Source: an uncultured Gammaproteobacteria bacterium (GTDB lineage Bacteria; Pseudomonadota; Gammaproteobacteria; Methylococcales; Methylomonadaceae). From it: a DNA stretch of 24,000 nt. Under the pieces are notes generated by a model. That model worked only from the letters and a program-made list of their open reading frames with translations, was not told the DNA's origin and searched no databases. The position numbers and the translations under genes are program-made. Shown here piece by piece: positions 1-7,510 of this stretch. The stretch spans positions 303,477 to 327,476 of the forward strand of contig CAWDOO010000012.1 of assembly GCA_963804035.1 (NCBI GenBank), in the 5' to 3' direction. The number at the start of each line of letters is the position of its first letter. Position 1 is the first letter of the stretch.

Positions 1-840
1 AATAAAAATTCGCTGCTTTCTACTTTTGGTTTTGCAGACCGTCCTTATGTCGGTGTATATAAAAGCGCAAAATGCGATGGTTTTTTTTCGGATTTTGAAA
101 ATAAGCCCGCCAGCGTTGCAATTACACCTTTAAATCGGCGCGGCAAATATTTAGGTGCTTTAAATTTGGGTAGTTACCAAGCCAATCGCTTCGCGGACAC
201 TATGGCAACCGATTTTGTTGAACACCTTGCTTCCATCGTCGGTATCTGCCTGGAAAACAACCTTAACTTCGAAACAATTAGGCGACACAGTTTTATTGAT
301 GGATTGACCGGAGTCAATAACAGACGTTTTTTTGAGCAGCGGTTAGGTGAGGAATTAGATCGTAGCAGAAGAAATTCCGAACCTATCTCCTGTCTTTTTT
401 TGGACATTGACTTATTCAAAGTCGTTAATGACAAGCAGGGTCACCAAGCGGGCGATAAAGTCTTATATGAAGTAGCCAGTACTATCAAGACCCAATTGCG
501 CAACAATGATGTGCTGGCTCGTTATGGCGGAGAGGAATTCGTTATCTTACTATCCAATATTAATGATGTGATGGCTTTGGAGATTGCTGAACGGATACGT
601 AAAACTATCCAGTTTTTGAAAGTTAAATTGGATGAAGGTTCTATTTCTGTGACTGTTTCAATTGGTTCATCAACTTACTTACCCGCTCCGGTTTCATTTT
701 CAATTGAAAACGATATTTCTAGAAGGCTCATCAAAATAGCAGATGCTGCTTTGTATCAAGCGAAACGCAGTGGTCGTAATCGCGTCGAAAATGGCGGTGT
801 GATTTCAGACAAACTGATAGTTGATAACATAGATGATTGA
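1..840 (+). CDS. Diguanylate cyclase, GGDEF domain; 5' end lies outside the window, and the upstream part looks like the end of a GAF-type sensor domain
   Basis: Frame 1 is open from nt 1 to the ORF-track start at 166, so the CDS is truncated by the window edge. It has the GGEEF active site (RYGGEEFVILL), an RxxD I-site (RNND) five residues upstream, and the linker motif DGLTGVNNRRFF. Confidence 0.9.
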   Translation, partial: NKNSLLSTFGFADRPYVGVYKSAKCDGFFSDFENKPASVAITPLNRRGKYLGALNLGSYQANRFADTMATDFVEHLASIVGICLENNLNFETIRRHSFIDGLTGVNNRRFFEQRLGEELDRSRRNSEPISCLFLDIDLFKVVNDKQGHQAGDKVLYEVASTIKTQLRNNDVLARYGGEEFVILLSNINDVMALEIAERIRKTIQFLKVKLDEGSISVTVSIGSSTYLPAPVSFSIENDISRRLIKIADAALYQAKRSGRNRVENGGVISDKLIVDNIDD

Positions 841-1039
841 TAAAATACCAGTCGTCAAGTATTAGCATATCGTGTATGTTCTTATACCGACCGCCCCTTA
901 TCTCTCGTTATGACGGATTAGCACAATTACTTCAACTAACCAATTATACTCAGGAGTATTGACAATGTTGAATACTATGAATTATTTCTATGCTAGCTTT
1001 GATACAAACATTGCAGTCTATACTGAGGTTATTGAAGCA

Positions 1040-1116
1040 CTTATTTAGAGGTTTATTTGGTATGCTATCTATCGAGGTTCTCTATGGGTGATTTTTTTTA
1101 CCGCTTCCCAGAGAAT
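1040..1116. repeat. 77-bp direct repeat, left copy, abutting the IS3 left end
   Basis: This segment (cttatttagaggttt...ccgcttcccagagaat) is identical base for base to 6217-6293, including the T8 run. Confidence 0.9.
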
Positions 1117-1179
1117 TGATCTTGCCCCACTCTAGAGGACACTTGGCTAAGAGAGTAGTCTCTGAAACCGAGGTCAATC

Positions 1180-1451
1180 ATGAAAAGCAAGAAAGAAGAA
1201 GCATCAACACGAACTGTCCGCAGCAAATATACGGCATCGTTTAAAGAACAGGCATTGGAACGGGCTGAAAAAGATGGCATCCCCAAGGTGGTGCAGGATT
1301 TAGGGTTTGCAGAGGCGACCTTGTACGCCTGGCGGGCAAAGCGTCGGCAAACAGGGCAACCCTTTGAAGACCAAAAGCTCCAGCAAGCTGAAATGGCCAG
1401 GCTCAAACGAGAAAATGCTCGCCTGGAAGAGGAAGTGGCCTTCCTAAAAAA
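1180..1451 (+). pseudogene. IS3 orfA (HTH transposase subunit), 5' portion cut by the IS110 insertion
   Basis: The product MKSKKEEASTRTVRSKYTASFKEQALERAEKDG...LKRENARLEEEVAFLK has the typical IS3 OrfA HTH plus leucine zipper. The ORF-track tail after nt 1451 (NRLPGKPAPYAKKLLPLD) is read-through into IS110 sequence. The natural continuation KAAAYFAKQPK* resumes at 3029-3064. Confidence 0.85.
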
Positions 1452-1677
1452 CCGCCTCCCTGGCAAACCAGCCCCCTATGCAAAGAAACTTTTGCCCTTA
1501 GACTGATTTAGCGTGCGGACACTGGCCGACCGCTTTTTGGAGGTTAATATCCCCGTCAAAAAACCTGGCCTGTGGGAAGCTGCGGACCAACTGTGGTGGC
1601 GCTAAACGTGACCCCGTTTAGGAAGGTGAACACATCCGAGTCCCTGTCCGACGCATTCAATCCTACAGGAGACGGAC
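1452..1677 (+). ncRNA. Candidate IS110 bridge (guide) RNA region in the 5' non-coding left end
   Basis: nt 1617-1626 (tttaggaagg) is a perfect reverse complement of the left target flank 1439-1448 (ccttcctaaa). IS110-subgroup elements are known to encode a bridge RNA upstream of the recombinase. Secondary structure and transcript ends were not determined here. Confidence 0.35.
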
Positions 1678-3027
1678 ATGTCGAAAGCGATTAACCCAAT
1701 GAACGGTTTACCAGTTATTCATGAACGTGCTGCCGGTATTGATATTGGCTCACGTTTTCACGTTGTTGCAGTGCCCACTGCCCTGACAGTTGAACCCGTG
1801 CAGACATTCCAAGCGTTTACCGCTGATATCCAGCGCATGGCCGATTGGCTAAAAAGCGTCGGCGTTGAGACGGTCGTCATGGAGTCGACCGGGGTTTATT
1901 CGGTGCCGGTCTTTGAAGTCCTGGAAAGCGCCGGGCTAGACGTTATGGTCGCCAATGCCAGAGAGACCCGGTCTGTCCCTGGACGTAAGAGTGACGTCAA
2001 CGATGCGCAATGGCTGCAACGTCTTCATGCCTGCGGGCTGTTGCGTGCGAGTTTTCGTCCCGGACGCGATATTGCGGCGTTAAGGGCTTATCTTCGGCAT
2101 CGGGAACGGCTGTTGGATTATTCGGCAGCCCATGTCCAGCATATGCAAAAAGCATTAACCTATATGAACTTACAGTTGCACCATGTCGTTTCAGACATCA
2201 CAGGGATGACGGGCATAAAGATCATCCGCGCCATAGTGGGTGGTGAACGCAACCCTGAAGAATTAACCAAATTCCGGCATATTTGCTGCAAGGCGAGCGA
2301 AGAGACCATTCGCAACGCCCTAATTGGTAATTATCAGCCAGAACATGTGTTTGCGTTATCGCAGTCCCTGGCATTGTATGATTTTTACCAACTACGGGTC
2401 GATGAATGTGACAAACAAATCGAACAGGCATTGGCCGTCCTGAATGCGGGCAAGCCAGAACCCAACCAACCGATACCCAAAACTCGACAACGCACCAAAC
2501 AGGCCAACGCCGTAAACTTTGACGTGCGGTCAGCCCTCTATCAGTTGGTTGGCACCGATTTAACGCAGATCCATGGAATTGGGCCGTTTTTGGCATTGCG
2601 CCTGATCGCAGAATGCGGCACTGATTTGAGCAAGTGGCGAACCGCCAAGCACTTCACCTCATGGCTTACGCTTTCACCGGGGTGTAAAATCAGCGGTGGC
2701 AAGGTATTGTCTGCCCATTCGCGTAAATCAACAAACCGGCTGACCGCACACCTTCGGCTAGCCGCCGTGACCGTTGGCAAAACCAACACGGCATTGGGAG
2801 CATTTTATCGCCGATTAGCGGCACGGATCGGGAAGGCCAAGGCTGTCACGGCGACTGCACGCAAAATCGCTATTTTGTTTTATAACGCCATGCGCTTTGG
2901 CATGAACTATAGTGACCCGGGCGCTGACCAGTATGAACAAAAATATCGTGAACGCGTCATCAAACAATTACATCGCCGAGCTGCAGAATTTGGATTTGAA
3001 TTGCAAGCAGTTGAGTGTGTTTCTTAG
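1678..3027 (+). CDS. IS110-family transposase/recombinase (DEDD RuvC-like N-domain plus Tnp_20-type C-domain), intact
   Basis: This is a 449-aa intact ORF. N-terminal motifs are AAGIDIGSRFHVVAV, VVMESTGVYS and GRKSDVNDAQ. The C-terminal region IHGIGPFLALRLIAECG...FTSWLTLSPGCKISGGK is typical of IS110/IS1111 transposases. An SD-like acaggagacggacATG precedes the start. Confidence 0.9.
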   Translation: MSKAINPMNGLPVIHERAAGIDIGSRFHVVAVPTALTVEPVQTFQAFTADIQRMADWLKSVGVETVVMESTGVYSVPVFEVLESAGLDVMVANARETRSVPGRKSDVNDAQWLQRLHACGLLRASFRPGRDIAALRAYLRHRERLLDYSAAHVQHMQKALTYMNLQLHHVVSDITGMTGIKIIRAIVGGERNPEELTKFRHICCKASEETIRNALIGNYQPEHVFALSQSLALYDFYQLRVDECDKQIEQALAVLNAGKPEPNQPIPKTRQRTKQANAVNFDVRSALYQLVGTDLTQIHGIGPFLALRLIAECGTDLSKWRTAKHFTSWLTLSPGCKISGGKVLSAHSRKSTNRLTAHLRLAAVTVGKTNTALGAFYRRLAARIGKAKAVTATARKIAILFYNAMRFGMNYSDPGADQYEQKYRERVIKQLHRRAAEFGFELQAVECVS

Positions 3028-3028
3028 G

Positions 3029-3458
3029 AAGGCGGCGGCGTACTTCGCGAAACAGCCCAAGTGAAGTACGCCATGATTAAATCCAATGAAAACCAATTCC
3101 GCATCGGCCTGATGTTCGGTATCGCGCAGCGGTTATTACAGTTGGAAACAGCGCCCACCTTCAGATAGGGATCGGGCCAACCAACTGCTGACGGACGAAA
3201 TCAAACGGGTGTTTGACGACGAAAAAGGACGGTCTGGCGCACCCAGGATAGCCAAGCGTCTCCAAGACGAAGGTAAGGCGGCAGGCCGCCACCGTATAGC
3301 CAGGATTATGAAGGACAATGGCTGGCGGGCGAAGGCGGCCAGGAAATACAATGCGACCACCAACAGCAAGCACGCATTGCCAGTCGCCCCTAACCTGTTG
3401 GAACAGGATTTCAGTGCAGACAAGCCCGACCAAAAGTGGGTATCGGATATCACCTATA
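3029..3458 (+). pseudogene. IS3 orfA tail (to the stop at 3062-3064) and N-terminal half of orfB up to the intron insertion site; contains an extra frame change
   Basis: The -1 frame from 3031 reads GGGVLRETAQVKYAMIKSNENQFRIGLM and hits a stop at 3166. The homologous reading continues in another frame from about 3128: SGYYSWKQRPPSDRDRANQLLTDEIKRVFDDEKGRSGAPRIAKRL...DKPDQKWVSDITY. DITY is the first DDE aspartate region. Confidence 0.75.
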
Positions 3459-4117
3459 GTGCGCCCAGCCTTTGGAGGTGTTATGGATAGACACTAACAA
3501 AGCTTGAGCATGTTTGGAATGCGTTTGTCTTGAATGCGGATGCAATTGAGCAAATGCCCACTTTCTGCTACGGGAAAGTGAGAGCCGAAGCGGCGGTGAT
3601 CTGCTGTACACTGGCAGAGTGACGTAGCCCGTGGGAAAAGGGGTGTGAGGCGAAACCGTTACGCCAAAATGCACCTCTAGGCTGAGTATTGGAAGGCTGA
3701 GGAACACGAACCGATTAATCCGTATCTATGGGCTGAAATGTCGCCTCCACCTACACGGTTTAATAGGTGGAATACAGATAAGAAAAGTTGACAGGTAACT
3801 TATTTCTTCACTTTCTATTGCATATGTAGGGCAATAGAAATGGGCTTTGAGAAGGGCGTAGTTAAATCAAAGAATCTGTATCAACTTGCAGCAAGCAAGG
3901 CTAAAGACTGCGATCGGCAGCCTACCCAATACGTTTGAGTCCGGCATGTGGAATGGGGAAGGTCTATTTAGATGATAAGGGAGTGTGACCCCAATGATAA
4001 ATAGATTGGCGGAGTTTCCATAGTAGTCTGAGATGGGGAAAACCTATTACCTGGCGAAGGGAAACAGTTTAAGAAATTTGCTTGGCAAATTACCTGACTC
4101 TAGTGAGGTGAAGACCT

Positions 4118-5644
4118 TTGATAATCAGTGAAATGCAAAACAAAATTGCAATGTGGGCCGAGGCGGATGGTCAACGCAAATTTGATCGGCTGTTACGGCT
4201 TATTACTAATCGGTCTTGGTTGCATGAAGCCGCCCGTATTACTCTGGCATCCAGTGGTGCCAATACAGCGGGTATTGATGGCGTAAACAAGGCCATGCTG
4301 GAAGGTCACCTTGGTTCGCAGTTGGAACAAATTCGGTTACGGCTGCTAACGGGAAATTACAAACCTTTACCGGCAAGGCGTGTTTATATTCCTAAGGCGA
4401 ATGGTAAACAAAGACCTTTAGGTATTCCGACATTAACTGACCGCATTGTGCAAAGAGCCATGCTGATGGCTATGGAGCCCATATGGGAAAGCGACTTTCA
4501 TCGATTATCCTATGGATTCAGGCCGGAACGTAGTGTCCATCACGCTGTTAGGACAGTGAAACTTCAGTTGCAAGATAGTGCACACACATCAGGCCGATGG
4601 GTCATCGAAGGTGATCTGACGAGCTATTTTGATACAGTGCATCATAAATTATTACTGAAATATGTACGGAAAAGAATTTGCGATCAACGATTCCTAGCCC
4701 TGCTTTGGCAGTTCATTAAAGCTGGCCATGTTGATCAAGGTCTCTTTTGCGCTTCAAGTGAAGGGGTTCCGCAAGGGGGTGTGATATCACCGTTGCTATC
4801 CAATATTATGCTCAACGAGTTTGATCAATGGTTGGATGCAAAATACCTAAACAATAAAGCGCGGAAAGACCGATGGTCTTGGAATCACAGTATTGATAGT
4901 AAGCGGCCTATTGCGATGCAAGAAAACAGGCAATGGCGTCCCGCCATTAGTTATTGCCGCTACGCAGATGACTTTGTTGTTATTGTTAAAGGCACAAAAG
5001 CCCAAGCGGAAGCCATGCGTGAAGAATGCCGAAGCTTTCTGGAAGATGAACTGAAGTTAACACTTAATATGGATAAAACCCATGTGACGCATGTTAACGA
5101 CGGCTTTACTTTTCTTGGACACAGGATTATTCGTAAGCGTGGCTCGCTCGGCAATTGGCGTGTAGTAACAACAATACCTAAGGATAAATTCAAAAGTTTT
5201 GCCGCAAAATTGGTGAATGAATTATCCAGTAATTATAGTGAGAACAAGATAGACCTGATAGCCAGCCTAAACCGAAAGATAACGGGATGGGCAAACTTCT
5301 ATCAATTTACAGACTATACAGCAGTCATGTTTGGAAAACTGGATCAAATATTGTTCTGGAAAACCGGACACTGGCTGGCAAGGAAATTCAACGTTTCAAT
5401 TAAGTCATTAATAAAGCAATGGTTTCGGCGACCCAAGATAGGTCAAGCTAAAACATGGGTTCTGTATGGTCGAAATAGTCGGGGTAATCTTGAGGGTATA
5501 GCGCTAAAACGGCTAGTTACCAGCCGGAAAAGCCAGTTTCGGTGGCGTAATCCAGAAATGAATCCGTACATTTTACGTGATGAAGACAGGAATACCGTTA
5601 CCTCTCACTATGTCGAAATTGCAATAGCTATGAGCTATTCTTAA
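4118..5644 (+). CDS. Group II intron reverse transcriptase/maturase (no recognisable HNH endonuclease domain)
   Basis: RT blocks are present: RRVYIPKANGKQRPLGIPTLTDRIVQRAM, SYGFRPERSVHHA, EGDLTSYFDTVHH, GVPQGGVISPLLSNI and the YADD catalytic box (RYADDFVVIV). A maturase/X region follows (LNRKITGWANFYQF). No CxxC/HNH motifs occur at the C-terminus. A TTG start at 4118 lies 8 nt after GAGGTG; an ATG at 4133 is the alternative start. Confidence 0.9.
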   Translation: MIISEMQNKIAMWAEADGQRKFDRLLRLITNRSWLHEAARITLASSGANTAGIDGVNKAMLEGHLGSQLEQIRLRLLTGNYKPLPARRVYIPKANGKQRPLGIPTLTDRIVQRAMLMAMEPIWESDFHRLSYGFRPERSVHHAVRTVKLQLQDSAHTSGRWVIEGDLTSYFDTVHHKLLLKYVRKRICDQRFLALLWQFIKAGHVDQGLFCASSEGVPQGGVISPLLSNIMLNEFDQWLDAKYLNNKARKDRWSWNHSIDSKRPIAMQENRQWRPAISYCRYADDFVVIVKGTKAQAEAMREECRSFLEDELKLTLNMDKTHVTHVNDGFTFLGHRIIRKRGSLGNWRVVTTIPKDKFKSFAAKLVNELSSNYSENKIDLIASLNRKITGWANFYQFTDYTAVMFGKLDQILFWKTGHWLARKFNVSIKSLIKQWFRRPKIGQAKTWVLYGRNSRGNLEGIALKRLVTSRKSQFRWRNPEMNPYILRDEDRNTVTSHYVEIAIAMSYS

Positions 5645-5649
5645 ATGGA

Positions 5650-5683
5650 GAGCTGTATGCGCTGAAAGGTGCCTGTGCAGTTC
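5650..5683 (+). ncRNA. Group II intron domain V
   Basis: The 34-nt sequence gagctgtatgcgctgaaaggtgcctgtgcagttc matches the DV consensus shape: GAGC...GTAT start with an AGC triad, a terminal tetraloop-type region, and a ...GTTC end. It lies immediately after the IEP stop. Confidence 0.7.
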
Positions 5684-5734
5684 GGTGAGGAGAAGCAGGG
5701 AAATAGTTCGACTACGCCCTGCTTCTTACTCTAC

Positions 5735-6186
5735 TCTGGACGGACGAAGGCTGGCTGTACTTGGCGGTCGTGCTGGAGCTTTATTCACGGCGGGTCATTG
5801 GCTGGGCAATCTCAGAACGTATGGCGGCAACGCTAGTCTGCGATGCCCTCACCATGGCGTTATGGAATCGAAAAATGCCAAAGAGTGTGGTAATCCACTC
5901 TGACCGGGGCAGCCAATATTGTTCAGCCGTTTACCAGAAGCTGTTCAGAAAACACCGGCTGATTTGCAGCATGAGCAAGAAGGGCGACTGTTATGACAAC
6001 GCCGACAAGGAAAGCTGGAACCATAGCTTCAAGGTCGAAGCGGTGCATGGTGAACGCTTTAAAACCCGTTCGGAGGCTAAATACCAAGTGTTCGAATATA
6101 TCGAAGTGTATTACAATCGCAAACGGCTTCATTCAAAACTGGGCTATCTTAGCCCGGAAGCATTTGAAGCTAAAAAAGTCGCTTAG
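5735..6186 (+). pseudogene. IS3 orfB C-terminal part (rve/DDE integrase core)
   Basis: The product reads [30 protein letters not shown]...[12 protein letters not shown]...[17 protein letters not shown]...[20 protein letters not shown]. It carries the second D (HSDRG) and the E (DKES) of the DDE triad. Confidence 0.85.
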
Positions 6187-6216
6187 TGGAGTGTCCGTGA
6201 AATCAGGGCAAGATCA

Positions 6217-6293
6217 CTTATTTAGAGGTTTATTTGGTATGCTATCTATCGAGGTTCTCTATGGGTGATTTTTTTTACCGCTTCCCAGAGAAT
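6217..6293. repeat. 77-bp direct repeat, right copy, abutting the IS3 right end
   Basis: It is identical to 1040-1116. It contains the last 48 nt and stop of the minus-strand CDS 6246-7232, so that gene stays intact. Confidence 0.9.
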
Positions 6294-7232
6294 TGGGGGT
6301 ACGAACATTTTCATAAATTGTTTAGTTTGAGTAAAGGGCGTGGACTCATTAGGAAATATCAAAAGTTCTGGTGACAAATACTGGTTTAATACTCGTTGTT
6401 CGCGCATTTCTCTAGCTAATGGGTTAGTGTAGTAATAAGATGCCACTGATCGTCTGGCATATTCGGGCGGACAATTTAAGGGTGTAGGATGGCCATGAAA
6501 GTTAGTTTTTCCATTTCGCATGAGAATTGAGCGGCCAAATTCGGGAACGACTTTTCTAACACAATGTTTGGATTCTGAATCCCACAATTCTAAAGCGCCA
6601 GCCCAAGATGGATCCCAATTTTTATTGAGATAGGTTATGAATACCATCTCATTGCGTAGACCGTTGTTAATATGGCATGTGAAATCCGTATGCACACCAA
6701 AACCACCGCCTCTTCTAGTTTCATGCAGTCCGCCACCGTATAGCATAGGATCAGGAAGCAAGTCGCTGACTTTGGTGATTTGTGACAGAAGCGCCAAGAA
6801 CCAGCCTGAATTGACAAGGTTAAAATACAAAGTTGAAGCAGCACCCAGTATTGGGTTGGGTTGAGATCGGTAAGAATGTTGGTAAGCGTAATAAACTTTT
6901 CTCCAACCGCCGTGTTCAATTAGATCAAATTCTTCGTGTATCAATTCAAGAAGGGTAGGGTTGAACCAATCTTGGGTAACGATATGTTGATAGGGTTTAG
7001 CACTATGCATTTGTTTTTGTAATGCTTTTACGAAGTTTCTATCATATAGCTGAGTATTGACCAAATCATCCAGATTAATGCGCTTACCACGGATATAGAT
7101 TAAGTTTCCAGAGCCTGGTTCGGTGGCGAAACTTTCACTATCATTACTGATCATCCAGTCCACCAATACATTCTTTTGAAAAGAATGAATATTACCTCCC
7201 CTCATAAAGTCATTGACTTTCAATCCACGCAT
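6246..7232 (-). CDS. 2OG-Fe(II) oxygenase superfamily protein (prolyl-hydroxylase-like fold)
   Basis: A candidate HxD...H iron triad is present (GVHTDF ... TNFHGH), and RRSVASYYY is a possible 2OG-binding R/S. The start was chosen at MRGLKV (ATG 7232) because of the AAGGG 7 nt upstream. The ORF-track start at 7295 has no SD. Confidence 0.65.
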   Translation of the reverse strand: MRGLKVNDFMRGGNIHSFQKNVLVDWMISNDSESFATEPGSGNLIYIRGKRINLDDLVNTQLYDRNFVKALQKQMHSAKPYQHIVTQDWFNPTLLELIHEEFDLIEHGGWRKVYYAYQHSYRSQPNPILGAASTLYFNLVNSGWFLALLSQITKVSDLLPDPMLYGGGLHETRRGGGFGVHTDFTCHINNGLRNEMVFITYLNKNWDPSWAGALELWDSESKHCVRKVVPEFGRSILMRNGKTNFHGHPTPLNCPPEYARRSVASYYYTNPLAREMREQRVLNQYLSPELLIFPNESTPFTQTKQFMKMFVPPILWEAVKKITHREPR

Positions 7233-7510
7233 TAGACACCCTTCACAAAATTTAAAGTATAGACAAATCGTCGTGTTTAACCGGATAAAAATCACTATAT
7301 TTCATCCTTGGTTTGTACTGTTTAAGGATATATTTTACATATCCTCAGCATTGTATTTTCTGAACAATGTTTGAATGCATATCCAACTATTTTTATTAAA
7401 TAGTTGCGCTATATTAAGCGGGCTAACTTAAAAAAGACTTACTTTGAAAGCACTGTGGCTGGACAAAATCTTAATTTCTGAATAGGCCGTATAATTTATG
7501 TAGATTTTTC

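Larger units (their letters stand above)
1452..3030 (+). mobile_element. IS110-family element (IS110 subgroup architecture: long left end, almost no right end); boundaries +/- 2-3 bp
   Basis: It interrupts the IS3 orfA reading frame. Removing it, keeping one AA core, rejoins ...ttc cta aaa aag gcg gcg gcg tac ttc gcg..., which reads FLKKAAAYFAKQPK*. There are no terminal inverted repeats. A 226-bp non-coding left end precedes the transposase, and the stop codon lies 3 bp from the right end. Confidence 0.8.
3459..5734 (+). mobile_element. Bacterial group II intron (2276 bp) with intron-encoded RT/maturase, same orientation as IS3 orfB
   Basis: The 5' end is GTGCG at 3459. Domain V is at 5650-5683, followed by a domain VI-like stem (gaagcaggg/ccctgcttc), and the 3' end is ...CTAC at 5734. 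Deleting 3459-5734 joins ...GAT ATC ACC TAT A|TC TGG ACG GAC GAA GGC TGG... to give [28 protein letters not shown], the canonical IS3 OrfB motif. Confidence 0.85.
1117..6216 (+). mobile_element. IS3-family insertion sequence (about 1245 bp of its own sequence) carrying two nested insertions
   Basis: The terminal inverted repeats start TG...CA: left TGATCTTGCCCCACTCTAGAGGACAC, right (reverse complement) TGATCTTGCCCTGATTTCACGGACAC. The first 11 of 11 bases are identical and about 25 of 35 overall. orfA (HTH) and orfB (rve/DDE) fragments lie between them. 5100 bp minus the 1579-bp IS110 and the 2276-bp intron leaves an IS3-sized element. Confidence 0.85.

Noticed and set aside
2995-3030. A junction-spanning sigma70 promoter (-35 in the IS110 right end, -10 in the left end after circularisation), as described for IS621-type elements.
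   Set aside because: TTGCAA and TTGAGT near the right end have no convincing -10 partner at proper spacing in the circle-junction sequence I reconstructed. The evidence is insufficient.
1098-3707. ORFs 1098-1466(-), 2010-2246(+), 2222-2596(-), 2541-2789(-), 3136-3453(-), 3161-3433(-) and 3450-3707(-).
   Set aside because: They are antisense or off-frame ORFs inside the IS3 and IS110 coding regions or the intron RNA domain I. They have no motifs, and they overlap well-supported features.
3748-3770. ataggtg (3763-3769) as the intron EBS1, since it is complementary to exon positions 3451-3457 (cacctat).
   Set aside because: It pairs locally with ccaccta (3748-3754) in an 8-bp stem-loop and misses the last exon base. 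Alternative wobble candidates exist (tatggg at 3726-3731, tgtagg near 3835). EBS assignment therefore cannot be made by eye.
4118-5644. The reverse transcriptase as a retron, DGR or Abi-type defence RT.
   Set aside because: It is embedded between a GTGCG 5' end and a domain V/VI 3' end. It has a maturase X region, and its excision restores the host ORF exactly. All of this is diagnostic of a group II intron.
5685-5903. ORF 5685-5903(+) as a gene.
   Set aside because: It starts in intron domain VI and reads off-frame across the 3' splice site into IS3 orfB.
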